NCBI GenBank assembly: GCA_004431415.1
Contig: QPMI01000619.1
Location: 57,824-121,823 of the forward strand
DNA length: 64,000 nt
Direction of reading: 5' to 3'
Source: Cyanophora paradoxa CCMP329
Taxonomy: Eukaryota > Plantae > Glaucophyta
The notes below the pieces were generated by a model that searched no databases, was not told the origin of the DNA, and saw only the letters and a list, made by a program, of their open reading frames with translations. This document shows positions 23,101 through 36,352 of the stretch, piece after piece (position 1 is the stretch's first letter; every line of letters begins with the position of its first letter). The position numbers were made by a program, and so were the translations under genes.

Positions 23101-26100
23101 CGACGACGGATTTTCGCGGCCCAATCTGGCTCACGCGAAGGAGGCGCGAAAATTTGCCTCGCAGCGAGCGGCCTTGAGGGGCTGGCGATCTTGAGCCCGC
23201 CGCGGGGCCGTCTGAGCCGGGATCTACGCCCGCGCCGCCTCCGCCCCACGGCTGCAGCTGTGGATGTCTGCTCGACCGCGAACGCGAACGCGACCGGGCT
23301 GAGCGCGAGGAGCGGTGCGAGCGGCCCGATCGCGAGGCGGCGCCGGCGCCGGCCGTCCGGATCGAGTGGACGGAAAGTCGCCCGCCCCCGTCCGCTTCGA
23401 TAGAGGAGCGGGCGACCGAGCTGCGCCCGCTCGTCAGACGGTTCGAAGCCGCCGGCAGGCGGGAAGCTTAAGGGCCGGGCGGCGCGCACCTGCGGCGTGC
23501 CAGGTCCACGAATTCTGATGGGGCCCACTCCGCCGGCGCCTCTGTGTCGGGGTCCGCGGCGGCGGACCGCGCAGAAGGCCTGGGACGGGACGCGGCTAGC
23601 GCTGCCGCGGACTCGGGATCCCCGGGCTCGCGATCGAGATCGCGATCGCGATAGAGGCCGCGCGATCGCGAAGAGCGGCGGAGGGCGCCGGCGCCGGCCG
23701 CGGCCGCGGCCCAGGATCCCGACCCCCGGCACGAGGGCTCGCGATCGATATCGCTGCAGCTGGCCACGCGCGCGGCGGCTCCGGATCCGCCCGCATCGAG
23801 CTCGGATCCGGAAGGGATCTCGGGCGCGATGCGGCGGCTGCTTCTCGGGCGCGGGGCGCCGCTCCGGTCGCCCTTAGGCTTCACGCTGGCGCCGGAGGCG
23901 AACGGCAGCTTCGAGAGGAGGGACGCGGACGGGAGGTACGCCGGGCCGAGGCGCAGCGATCGGGGTGCCGAGCCGCGCATGCTCCCCGCGACCGACCCCT
24001 CCACGCTCTCGCGGGCGGCGAGGTCGAGGCTTGCGGGGGGTACGAGGGCGCCGAAGCCCGTGTACGTGGGATACGGGGCGGGGTCCGAGGCACGCCGGAG
24101 CGCCGCCTCCGCGGCCGCCGCGAGCGCTAGGCTCGAGTCGAGGCCCGCGAGCGCTCGGAGGCCGTGCTCCGGGAGGCCTGGGAGAGAGTGAGGGGTGCGT
24201 CGAAGTCAGGCTGGGGATCTAGAGGGGCAGAGGGGGCGGGTGCGGACTCTGGCGCGAATCGGGCGCGCTGCCGTTCGCGCCGCCTTGTCGCGTGACAGCG
24301 TGCAGGGAAGCCGTGGAGGGAACGGGGCTCTCAACGGGGAGCGACATCGACGGGATACCGATGTACCCCGGCGGAAGCGAGGGGGGTACGCCGATCCCGA
24401 GGTCGATCGCGAGGTCGGCTTGAGGCCTGGAGGGGGGGCGGGGCCCGGCCGCAGCTGCAGAGGAGTCGCGCTCCAGCAGGCAAGTGGCGAGGGGCCCGCG
24501 GCCCTTGACGAGGACGATGCGGGGCGGGGAGAAGGCGAAGGCGGGGGCGCCGGGGGCCCCCGAGGGGTCGGCGGCGGCGCGCAGCTCGGCGGCCGCCTGC
24601 AGCGCGTCCCGCGCCGCCGTCGGCAGCTGCACGCGGCCCTCAATCCCGTGCAGGCACATCCTGCCGCCCCGCCCCGCGTCGGTCACGGCGGCGGAGGCAG
24701 GCGGCGGGGGCGCCGGGCGGCCGCGGGGCAAAGCAAAGCACCGCTGGGCGAGGTTGCAGCTGCGGAGCGCGCGGGAGGAGGTCAGCGGCGCGGCGGGCAG
24801 CGTGCCGGGGCGGGGCGGGGCGCACGCGTCGCCGAAGACGTCGAAGGCGAGGCGGCAGCCGATCACGCCGCTCACCAGCGGGCCCCTGCGGCGGCGGCGT
24901 CGTGAGGCCGCGCCGGCGGCGGCGGCGGCGGCGGGCGCGGGCGCACTCGAAGAGGCCGGCCTTGATGGAGAAGGCGAGGGCGCGGGCGGCGTCGACCGCG
25001 TCGAGCGCAAAGGCCGCCGCCGCCTCCGTGTGGTGCACCCGCGCCCCGCCCTCGCCCTCGCCCCGCCGCAGCCAGCGGCCCCGCACGCGCCCGTCCCCCG
25101 CCCCGTACCCCGACCCCAGCCGCGGCCGCATGCCCCGCGGGCTCTCCTCCTCCTCCTCCCCCTCCTCCTCGTCGTCGTCCGCGTCGAACGCGATGCCGCT
25201 GACGCCCTGCGGGGGGCGGCGTGAGAGGCCGGGCGCGCGGGGGGGCCGGGGGGCCGGAGCGGGGGCGAGCCATGAAGGTGGAGCCGATGGACTTGATCTT
25301 GAGGACGCCGTGCCGCTCCGCCAGCGCCTCCAGCGCCGCCATCAGCGCCCGCATCCCCGCCAGCGCCCCCCGCGCCCCGCCGCCCTCGAGCTCCGCCCCG
25401 GCCCCCGCCACGCCGGCGGCGGAGACGAAGACGACGGTGGCGCTGGCGTGGAGGCGGTTGATGCGGCCCCACTCGTCCCGGTGCACCGCCTCGATCACCT
25501 GGCCCGCCCCTCGTCGGCTCGGTGGGGCCGGGCGGGCGGGGCGGGCCAGGGCGGGGCGGGGCGGACTGGGTCCGGGAGGAGGTTGCGGAGGAGGGCGACG
25601 GCGGAGCGCTGGCGGGCGACCGCCTCCTCCCGCGCCCGCTCCACCGCCTCCGTCTGCAGGAAGCTCCGCCGCGCCTCCAGCTCGTACCGCACCCCTGCCC
25701 CGCCCCCAGAGCTCGAGAACTTCAAGCCGGTCCCCAAATTAAAGAAGCGGGCGCACCGGCGGCGATGACGAGGGCTGTCGTCACCGCGAGGGCGATCTGC
25801 ACCGCGAGGGCGACCAGAAGGGACCGCGCCCGGCGCGCCTCCGGCGCCAGGGCCGCCCCGCCCAGCTCGCTCCCGATGCTGACCAGCACGAAGAGCGGCA
25901 GGACGGACGTCGAGAGCTCGAGGGGTACATGGCTGAACAGGAAGAGCGCGATCGCGATGGCGGGGGCAAGCAAATCATCTGACCCGATCGCGAGTCAGGT
26001 CAGACGGGATGGAAAGGACGATTCAGTTATATCTTGAAGGTGCACACAGTAAGGGCTGATCGCGTCCGCCACAATGTAGACACTGTGCATCCGCCTCGCG

Positions 26101-27139
26101 CAAAACAGAAGGTAGACCGAAAAGATGGCCTGCGATTCCGTGTGAAAATCGAAGAAATGCATCTTAGAAGCGCCGTCGGCGGCCCCCTCATGATCAGAGT
26201 GATATCGATCGTGGATGAAATGCCCACCGGGGGGGAGGGCGGGGGGGGGGGGGGGGGGGGGAGGGGGGAGGGGGGGAGGGGGGGGGGGAAGCCCACCGTC
26301 ATTTGCAGGGCGAAGAAACGGCGTGGCGGCATCCGCCTGACGAGCGGCGTGTAGGAGAAACTCGCGCAGACGACGACCAGCGCGAAGATGGCGATCCGAA
26401 GGGCGAAATCCGTCGACGAGACGGGCGCGGTGACGTTACCGAGCACTGCGAATTCGAAATTGCCGAGCGTTCATTGCAAGCTCGGACTCTAGCGATTGCA
26501 ATTGCGATTGATAGGCGTGTGCGCTTTAATGAAAAGGGTGGCCCGGGTTTAGTCGTCTGGCTACATAGATATATCGATTTAAAAATAAGCTCTGAATTCA
26601 TTGAAAATAGAATTATAGAATAGCGCACCATCCCCCAGAGTGCTCAAAGTCGCTATGCTGAACAGAACGCTGCGACTCGGCGAGCGATGGAAGGGCGAAT
26701 TCGAACAAGGATAATGAGACAGTGGGAAACAGAACCAGATCATTGAATGCTAATTTTTAATTGAGATAGAGGCGGAGATCTAGAGGATTTACCGGAAGCG
26801 AGTCACGCCTCTGGCGGCGTAAGAGCGCTCGAACCGGCGCTCGGCCGCCTCGTCGCGGAAGCGGACGCGCATGCGGAGAAGGCCACGGTCGAACGCCCAG
26901 CCGCTGACGGCCGCCTCCCGCAGCCGGACGCGCGGCGCCGCCGCGGGCGCGGCCGCCCCCACATTGAGCGCAGGCCGCGGGGGCCCCTCCTCGCTCCCCG
27001 TGGCCATGGCGGATCGATATCGGAAAGTCGATCGGGGCGACGACAGGCGGGATACCGCTGAAGCTGCAGCTTCGTCTGCGGGCGCGCCGGCGGCTGCAGC
27101 TTCGGATTCGACGGGGGGGACTTTGCGCACACTGCGCAT
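20180..27139 (-). CDS. Multi-exon membrane class III nucleotide cyclase (TM-cyclase-TM-cyclase), predicted adenylyl cyclase
   Basis: Domain 1: LLRNLLP, GVLKIKSIGSTFMA, GVIGCRLAFDVFGDACNLAQRMCLHGIEGRVQL, VKGRGPLATCLL. Domain 2: LLDLCLP, VLQSDIVGFSALS, VQTLRTAGDSWVG, GAVVGTKRWTWELVG. Hydrophobic exons precede each domain. Confidence 0.88.
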
Positions 27140-27961
27140 GCTGCGCGGCCTCGTTCTATATATAGATCCGAAGCTGGACCGAGTTTTAGACCTGCGCAGG
27201 CCTAGCTATATAGGCCCTAGCTATAGGCACGAGGTCTCGGCCGGCCGCGGGCGCCGCGCCCAAGGAACCTGCCTTCAGGCTCGAGCTCGCTAAAGCTTCT
27301 TCGAATTCCGCGAATATTATATCGGAGGCCGACGCCGCTTCTGCGCGCCCATCCGGCCTGGCCAGGCTTGCAATTGGGTTGATCGTGAGCGGTTGATCAG
27401 CTGCATGCGCACGTACTGCGGCAGGCAGGCCTGCCAGGCTGGCCTAGGTCTGCTGCTGATCATGACGCCATATGCATGCCAAGCCTTTAGCTAACTGATT
27501 CGGACTACATATATAAGAGCTAACTTCGACCACTGCAGCTGCTGTTTCTTGCTCTGAAGGCCCTTGGCCTGTAGCTGGCCGCGCCGCGCGAATTCGGAGT
27601 CGATGCGCGCGCGCGCCTCCGACCTGCTGCCGATGCTGCTCTGCTGTGCTGCTGCTGCTGCTGCTGCGGAGACTGCGGCCCAGCTGCAGCCGGCCTGCAG
27701 CCTGCAGGCCCCACGCGCGTGTGCAAGTTAAGCAGCGCAACCTCCGAGCTGTTAATACGATCCGATGATCGGTTATTCCGTGATGCATATGGGGTAGCTA
27801 GCGCACGAAGCGTTATTCCGCAGGGGGGAACGAGGATGGGGTACAGTCGCTAGTTGACTTCTCCATGGCGATCGTTCGGAGCTCGTAAGCTTGCCAAGCT
27901 GCTTTCCTGTTGGTCCGACTTGGTCGCCGACGCCGTGAGCGCTCGCGGTTCTAGCTGCAGC

Positions 27962-29520
27962 ATGCAGCTCCACAGCATGCGTCCTGCGAGCTGCTCGGAA
28001 GCGGGCGAGCCGGCGCCAACGGCGCTGGCGCTGCTGCCCGACGGCGTCGTTGAAGCGATCCTGCGGCACCTGGGTGCGTACGAGGCCTTCGCGGTTGTGC
28101 GTACGAGCGCCCTCTTCGAAACTTCGACCGCGCGCGTGCTTACTCCGCCGCGCAGGCGCGCGTCTGGGCGGTCGACCGGAGGCTGCGCGGCATCCTCGCC
28201 GGAATGAGGCAGTGGGGCGCGTTGGAGGTCGTCGGGGAGCGCGCGGGCCCGCCGCTCGCCGGTCGCCTGCGCGGCCTCGCGAGGCGGGCGTCTCGCGGCG
28301 GCCTCTTCGGCGTCCGGCGGCTCGTAATCGAGGCCGACTGCGCGGCGGCCTCGCCGGCGGCGCGTGCCGGCGTCGCGGCGGCCGCGCTGCAGCTCATCGG
28401 CGCGCTGGCGCCGGCGGAGGAGCTGCGCCTGGGCCTCGGGGGCACGGAGCCGTGGCCCGGGCCGCGGGAGCAGATGGCGGCCGGCGCGCGCGCGCCGCTT
28501 GAGGCCGGACAGCTCTCGGAGCTGCTCGTCGAGGCCCTCGAGCCCGCGGGGGGTACCCTCCACACCCTCCTGCTCGACGTACCCCTCTTCCTGCCCCCCG
28601 CCTTCCCCGACAAGTCGGCCGTCTTCGCCCGCCCCTTCCCTGCCCTTCGGTCCCTCGCCTTCGCCGCCGACGCCGCCTGCGTACCCCGCTCCGCCGTCGG
28701 CTACGCGGCGCACGTACCCGGCCTCCGCCGCCTCGCGCCGATCGGCGTACCCCTCGACGCGGCGTGCTTCGAGGCGCTCGCCTCGGGTCCGGCGGGGCCC
28801 GCTCTGGAGGCCCTGGGTGACCCCGGGCGCCCGGCGCTCTGCCCCGCCGCCTCCCTCGCGGGCATCGAGGGCCTCTCCGCCCTCCGCGAGCTCCACCTCG
28901 AGCTGGGACCCGCCTCCACCTCTGTCGAAGCCGGCCCGGCGGCCCTCGCGCCCCTCGGCGCCCTCCCCCGCCTCGCGCTCCTCTCCCTCTCCCTCCCCAG
29001 CGAGGCCCTGCCCCTCCTCTCGGGGGTGGCCCTGGGCCCCGCCCTGGCCGACCTCCGCGTGGCCCTCCGCCCCTCCGCCGCCGCCGGCGTAGACGGGCCC
29101 GCCGTCGCACGCGCCGTCGACGCCGCCTCCCGGGTCCTCACCGAGGTCGTACCCCCCCTCTTCCCCACCCCCCAACCCAACCCGTTCTTACTTTCGCCGC
29201 AGTGGACGTACGTGGGGCGGCCCTCGCGGGCGCCCCTCAGCGAAGACGAGGCGAGTGCCCTCGCGCGGTGCCCCCGCCTCGCCCGCCTGTGCCTCCGGCA
29301 CGCCTGGGCCCAAGGCGCCCCTGCGGAGGCGGAGGCCAATGCTGGGCCCTACGCGCGCCTCCGCGGCTGCCGGGCCGGCGCCGCGCTAGGCCTCGACGTC
29401 GAGGTCCGGCTGGCCCGCGCCCCTGCCGGCGGCGAGGCGTGGGCCGCCGCCGCCGCCGCCGCCCTCGCCGCCGCCCTCCCCGCCGCCCGCGTTGTGTTCG
29501 ATCCCGAGGAGTCCCAATGA
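27962..29520 (+). CDS. F-box / leucine-rich (RNI-like) protein
   Basis: F-box LALLPDGVVEAILRHLG, then LxxLxxL repeats (LHTLLL, FPALRSLAF, LSALRELHLEL, CPRLARLCL); two probable introns. Confidence 0.7.
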
Positions 29521-29656
29521 GATTCAAAAACTGATCATGATAGATATTACTAATTCGAGTTCTGAAGCCGATCGAGCTGGAGCCCTCATACCGACTTCTC
29601 ATCACTCGAATGTGTGGTCAAGGGGGGCCTGTGTGGTCAAGAAATTAATTGAAAGT

Positions 29657-31029
29657 CTAAGAGGATCTGGGAGCGCCGGTCCCCGGCTCAGCTCCGATCC
29701 CAGCGCTAGCACGTTGACGCACCGATTCGAGGGACGGGATGAATTCACGCAGGCGCTCGAGGCGGTGCCTCGCCTTCTGGTCGCGCTCCTCTTGCAGTTG
29801 GGCGGGCGTACGCGTGCCTACGTCCACCCTATGGGTGTCGCCCTCGCACCACGTCCCGAGCTCGCGGAGCGACGGCAGGGCGGCGCCCACGGCGCGCAGC
29901 TCCTCGTCTCCAAGGCGAGGGACTGCGTAGATGTGGAGCCTCCGGAGGGCGGAGAAGGGCGCGAGGGCGGCGCCAAGCTCGTCCCATCTGGAATCATCTG
30001 CAACTGCGCGGAATAAATGCGGGCACTGCGTGGTGCTCCCATCTGGCACTGCTGCAGATGGCACGCACAGGCTGAGGGAAGGCACGGGCAGAGGCGGAGG
30101 GACAGGGAGTGGAGGGTGGGCCCGAGGGGCGCGAGCTGCACGAGCAGAGCCGCGACGTAGAAGCGGTTCATAAGAGCCTGCGCGCGAGGCGCCGCGCCGA
30201 TGTCATGATCAGGTAATCCCCAAGGGCGCCGATGTCAGGTAATCACCTAGTCACCTAGGGCGCGGGGGCGGTACTGGTACTCGCCCGTTCCTCCTCCTCG
30301 CCTTCCGGGTAGTCATGGTATTCGCAGGCGCGTGCCGGAGAGAGGCCGTACGGTGGCGAAATCTGAAGCACAAAACCGCTGTTCGAATTCGAATCCGAAA
30401 CTAAACGGATAGACGCAACTGCAACAAATGTTCGCACGCCGCCGTGGGTGACGGAGATGCTCTGCAGCTCGGAGCCCATGTGCCGCAAGAAGCGAAGGAA
30501 GGGGACCGAGAAACCCCAGAACTTGGCACAGGAGGCGGGATCGCCCACTGAGTCCATTTCGTTCCCGTACTCGGTGGAGTAGCGATCGAAGTCATCGTAG
30601 ACCGCGTCCGTCATCTCAATAGCGGTGTCCAGCACGAACTCCCGCGCCTGCATGGAGATAATTATATGGCATCGCGCATTATATGGAGATAAAATTTCAA
30701 GATTTAGAATTTCGCTCACCTTCACAACCCCTTTCTCTACCCGCGCCGCCCACGCCTTCAGAATCCGCTTCGGGTCGACGATCGGCCACTTCTCTTCCTC
30801 GTCATCCCGAAAGTCCTCCATGTGCTTTCGGAGGTAGGGCCACTCCAGCGCGAGCGACTGCCACGTCCCATGGCCGCGGACGAGGTCGCGCAGCCGGCGG
30901 CACGCGCCGGCGACGGAGTCGAAGGCATCGGCGGCCCCGAGGCGTTCGAGCACGAGCCAGAGGACGTCATCCGGCAGCTTTTCCAATGAGAGCGAGCTCG
31001 AGGGCGAGGGCGTGCGCATGCCCTGCATA
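29657..31029 (-). CDS. F-box / leucine-rich protein
   Basis: F-box LEKLPDDVLWLVLERLG..A..VAGACRRLRDLV; C-terminal LRR-like FSALRRLHI, LPSLRELG; several short introns. Confidence 0.75.
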
Positions 31030-31678
31030 TGGCCATCTGGCACGCTCGGAATAAGAAATTCGAATTCAGAGAGCGTGTACGTATACATATGCGCGTGCAC
31101 GGGAATATTTTGCAGAGCGTATATATGCATGCGCACGCACCGATCGCGGGCTCGACGCGGCGGCGGCGGCGCGGCGGCATGCGAGAATCGAGGTCGCGAT
31201 CGGGAGAGAGATCGAATTATATAAGGCCTAGGGATGACGTACAGGCCCCTGCATGAGGACAATTATTTGAAGGGAGAATTAAGCACATGCACGCGTATAC
31301 GTACGTGGCATCCGGAAGTTGAAGCAATATATAATTTTTTAAAATTCCTAGAATTTTTAATTAAGGGGGGCGCGCCGCGCGGCGCCGGCAGGCCGGAGAT
31401 ATATAAGGAAAGGGAGCTCGAGATTTCAACGCGGCCAAAATAAAAATCGCGTCCCTCTCTGATCGATCCGTCCCTGATCGAGTCACCACCTCTTACTCCC
31501 CCCCGGGCCCGCCGCTGGCAAGACCTTGAAATTGACAGGCGCCCGCGTTGTCTTTGCAGAAAGCCTAGCACTTCAAAATGCGATTCCAAACACCGGTACC
31601 CTACCACTACCTGCGCTACCCCGCCCGGCCCGCTTTCTAAGCTTAAGCTTATAATTACTGTAGCTGGTGCGCAGCGCC

Positions 31679-33292
31679 CTACTCTTTTGGGCGGAGGTTC
31701 ATAACCCACATGGGGATGCGGATGTCCGGGATGAGCCACTGTGGGAGGGCGCGGCCGACGCGCGAGCTCGCGGGGAGGATGAATCGCAGGCTCCGGAGGC
31801 TCGGGGGGAGCCCCCCGTCCTCGTCCCGCACGCCGTACCCCTTCGCGGCCTCCGCCGCCACCTCCGGGCGCCTTATAATTAGAGAGAAGGGGCGAGAAGA
31901 GGGGTACGCGCGCTCGGACCTGGATCGTGCCGGACTTGGACATGACGTTGGGGTCCCCCGCTAGCGCTGCGGGGGGGCCCCGGGGAGCTAAAGCTCGGGG
32001 GGAGAAGAGGGGGGAGGGGAAAGCGGGGGGGTACCGCACCCGCGACGACGCGCCCCGCGAGGTAGAGCGACTCGCCCAGCGAGAGGTCCGGCTGCGGGGG
32101 GCTGAGGCCTCGAGTGCAGGGCCCGGGGGGCCGGGGGCTTCGGGGGGGCACCCGCTGGTCCGCTGGGAGCTCGCTTACCATGGCGACCGTGCGCTCCGTC
32201 CGCACGAGCCCTGAACGCACATGCGCAGCGCGCTCAGAAGGCGGGGGCCGGCCCGGCGCCTCGGGCAAGCCGGCGCACCCGGCCAGAGGCTCAGGCAGGC
32301 GACGCCGTGCGGTCTGAGGTCCTTCGCCATGTCCAGACTCATGCGATCGACGGCCGCCTTCCCTGGGGCGGCCTCAGAGGCGGGCGGGCGGGCGTGCGGG
32401 GGAGCCGCGGGGCGGGAGAGGGGGCGCGCGCCGAGCCCGTACGGCGTGTTAAACGTGTACCGGTTGGCGCCGCCGAAGGAGGAGACGTTGACGATGAGGC
32501 CGGACCCCTCCTGCACCATCCTCGGCGCGGCGATGCAGGCCGCGAGGTAGTTCGCCCGCACGCCTGCGCACGCGGGCCTCTGAGGGGCGCGGCACCGGTC
32601 GGCGCGCCCCGCGCCCCCAGGCCCGGGCCCGCGCGCCGCGCACCTATTTGGACGTTGTCGTCGAAGGTCCTCATGCCGAGCTCCCAGAACTTCCCGCCGC
32701 CGCTCCCGTAGTCCGCGGCGTCGTACTGGAATACGTTGTTGACTAGAATGTCCAAGCGCGGGTTTTCCTGGAAGATCCGCTCTGCGCCCGCTTCAGCGGC
32801 GGCAGCCGCGGACGGGACTCTATAGCTCGAGAGCGCGAACCAAACAGCGCCTTGACCTGGGCGTCTGCGCACGCGGGGCGCTTCAGAAGCGCCTCAAGCA
32901 AGTTCGAAAGAGCGCGCGCCGTCTCCGTGGTCGCACACGACAGCGACAGCCTTGCCGCCCGCTTTCTCAACCAGCTCCGCCGTGTGCTCAAGCGAGCCCT
33001 GCCCCGCGCGCCGCCGCGTATGAGCGTGAGCACATGTAAAAGCGCGTATACGTTCGCACGGGCAAGGCGGCTGTGCCTGGTCCCTTCGCCGTGCGTCCCG
33101 TGATGTAGACCTTCGCTCCCTGCTCGCCGAGGCCGATCGCAATGCCCTTGCCGATACCGCGGCTCGCACCAGTTACGAGGGCAACCTGCGGCCGCGGGCG
33201 GACCGGATCGATTGACCGGGCGGCCGCGCGCTCAGCTGCAGAGCGCGAATTTGAAGTTGAACCTTGCCACTGAGCATTTTGCCTTGCCGCAT
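31679..33292 (-). CDS. DHRS1: Short-chain dehydrogenase/reductase, DHRS1-like
   Basis: Spliced: VALVTGASRGIGKGIAIGLGEQGAKVYITGR, VVCDH, LDILVNN, GLIVNVSSFGG, catalytic YGLGK, AAVDRMSLDMAKDLRPHGVACLSLWPGLVRTE, GES..AGRVV. Confidence 0.88.
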
Positions 33293-33412
33293 GATGCAGT
33301 GCGCGCGTCTAGAGCGGTGGCCGCGCGGAGCGATTTGCAATTGCGCTGCGTCACCCTGCGTGTACGCATGCGCTCGTCGACGTCACATAGCGCAATGCGA
33401 GCGAGGTACCCG

Positions 33413-33444
<32 letters not shown>

Positions 33445-33782
33445 CTTCGCTCGCAAATTAAATGCTGCAGCTGCGGGACCGCTTCGACGTCGACGGCCGG
33501 TCCCGGAGCCGACCTCGCCGCTGCCAAGGCGCCTCGAGCTCGCTGCCTGGAGCTCGGCCGCGGCCGCCCGAACGCTCGTACTACGTATACATACGCGCGT
33601 TCCAAGTTCGTTTCGAATTCGAATTCGAATCCATCGAAACAACCTATAGCTAGCACTACCTGCCCCACCTACCGGTACGGTGACAGTCTACCCATTTCGA
33701 CCCGCCGTACCCGCGCCGCGCACAGAACGCGCTTCCCTCCCCACCCGAACCCGAAGAGATTCAAAAAGGTTCTAAAGAGAAG

Positions 33783-35925
33783 CTACGCGGCGGAGCTGGT
33801 CGTCAGCCCCGAGAAGCCCTCCAGGAGGGCCGGCGGCGGCGTCCGCGGCCCCTGGAGCGGGCCCTCCCGCCGGCCCTGGCCCTGCCCCTGCCAGCCGGCC
33901 CCGCCGGCGGCGGCCGACCAGACGTTCGCGAGGCGAACGAAGCTCCACGGCTCCGTGGAAAAGGCCACCGCCTGCGGAGACGCGTGAATCGGACGGCAGA
34001 GGAGAAGGTGGAGGGGGGCGGACCTGGGCCCTCATGGCTCGGCACCAGGCCTCGCTGCCCACCGCCATCGCCCCCGCGCTCCGCTGCATGACCTGGGTGG
34101 GGCGAGGTCGGAGAAGGAAAGCGAGGGGGGTACGGGAGCAAGGGGGGGGGGTACGCACGGCCTCGAGGAGGGGCTGGACGTGGACGGCGGCGAAGTTGGG
34201 GCAGTAGCGGCGGCGGCCGCGGGGGACGGGCAGGACGAGGGCGGCGCGGCCCAGGCCGATCCCGTTCATCGACGTCACGCAGATGCGGCGGAACCAGCGG
34301 AGGAAGAAGGGTACCCCCAGGACCCTGCGGGGGCGTCTCGGGGGCGCGGGGGGGTACGGCGCGGGGCGAGGGGGGTGCGGGGCCGCACGAGATCCAGAGG
34401 GACTTGACCGACGCGTCCTTGAAGCCCGCGAAGTCCAGCATCTGCGCACCCCCCGGGGTCGGCGCCGGCGGGGGGGGGGGGGGGGGGGGGGGGGAGAGAG
34501 AGAGAGAGAGAGAAAGGGCGAGGGATACGGACCATGGAGCCCATGGTGTTGCCCACGAGGGCGCCGGCGGCGATCATGAACGAAGCGTAGATGCCGGCGC
34601 TCGGCAAGCAGGGGATCTCCCTCTGGGGGTACGCGTTCGAACTAGCGGAGGGGGGGGGGGAGGGGGCGGAGGGGGCGCAAGGGTACCTCGTATCGGAGGA
34701 CGGAGGCGGAGGGGGCGAGGGCGCTGCGGTGCCGGGGCGTCACAGACGCGAACGGGAGGGCGGGAGCGGAAAGGGGGTACCGGGATCGGAAGAGGAAGTG
34801 CCAGGAGCGGAGGCAGGCGCGCATGCTGCGGTAGAGGCCGATCGCATGCGCCTGGCGCGCGGCGACGAGCAGCCGCCAGCGCCGCGCGCGGCCGGCGGCG
34901 GCGTCGCGCCCCGCCGCGTCCGCGACGGTGGCCGGGAGCGGGTCGCCCCAGCGCGAGGCGAGCGCGCGGTCCGCTTCGGGCGGCAGCATCGCGCGCGACG
35001 TCAGCCGCACGAACTCGTCGAGCTGCAGCAGCTGCTTCTGGAGCGACTCGTACACGCCCGGCGCGGCCGCCGGGGCGCCCGCCCTGACGAACTGCGGCCG
35101 GCACCGATCCAGCTCGCCCCGCAGCTCGTCGGACATCGCCTCGAGCTTCCGCCGCGAGTACGCCAGGTACGCGTGGAACGCGGGGCCGGAGGAGAGCGCG
35201 CCCCACGCGCGCGAGTCGAGGGCGTTCAAATTCCGAGCCAGCATTTGCTCCTGCGGGGACGGCGCACGCCGAGTTTAGAGAGCGGCGTTTGTGCGAGGCG
35301 CGTCGGCTGCGTGGCGCGTGGGCGGGGCGCCTTTGTTATGGGCGCGTGCGCAGATGCGGCTAAGGTGCGGTCTGGGGCGGGAGGGCGGCTCGCCTCGAAC
35401 TCGACGAGAAAGTTGTCCCAGTTGTCCCCCATCTCGACGGGCAGGATTACGTGGAACTCGAGCGGGGCTGCAGGCGCGGCGGCGTCGGCGTGGTTTGCCG
35501 GTCAAACGCAGAGCGCGGTCCGCAGCTCGCGCCGCACCTGGCCTGCTGGATGTGCCTCGAATCCACTGCGGGATGAGCTGCCGCAGGGCCGGCCAGCGCA
35601 GCCCCCCTTCCATCGCGCCGCTGGCGCCCGCAGACGCACTCGGCGTTCCTGACGCCGCTCCCGATCCCGTTTACGGCGCTCACGTCGCTCCCCAAGACGC
35701 AGGTGGCGGGGCGTGACTTTTCTTTTTTCGACGGGGTACAGCCGCAAAAAGACAGCAGTCAACTGGGCCCGAATGTCAGCGGCATTCTCGCCGCCGTGCG
35801 CCTCTGGTGTCCAGGTGCGCCGTACCGCGTGCGATTCGCCATAGACCCCGCGCAAGGGCCGCGCTGACGAATCCGTGATTGCGCCGTCGCGGCGTGCAGC
35901 GGCTGGTGGCGCACGATGCCGACAT
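33783..35925 (-). CDS. Hypothetical multi-exon protein with helical mid-region and C-terminal TM segments
   Basis: Spliceable exons, e.g. YLAYSRRKLEAMSDELRGELDRCRPQF, YESLQKQLLQLDEFVRLT, IYASFMIAAGALVGNTMGSMMLDFAG, LWISWVLGVPFFLRW. C-rich introns on this strand. Start uncertain. Confidence 0.5.
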
Positions 35926-36352
35926 TGAACTTGCTAGCTCCTGGCTAGGCGCCTGGCGGCCGCGGCCGCGCCGGCTGCAGTCCACGGGTGCGCCGCGTGC
36001 CGCCGACGGCCCGCCGTGACGCACTCGGCGCCTGTAGACAAACGTCGAGCACGTCAAAAAGAGGCGAATCGCGGCTGATCGTGCGCCTTCTGACCCGCGG
36101 TCATCGCAGGAACCGGCGTTGTCTCGCGCGTCTTGCGGCTACCCGCCACCACGTGCCGAGCGCCGAGCCCACCGCGAGGCAGAGGTGCGCTTGGTTTTGG
36201 GACGGTGCCTTCTCCCGGCGCCGACGCGCCGCTCAGGGGGCGCGCGGGCGAGGACGGCTGGCCATGGCCTCGGCACCAGCCGCTCCGCCGCGGGTCCGCC
36301 GGGCCTGGCGGGGCCGGCGCGCCAAAGGACGTTCAGGCCAGCGCCGAGCTCG

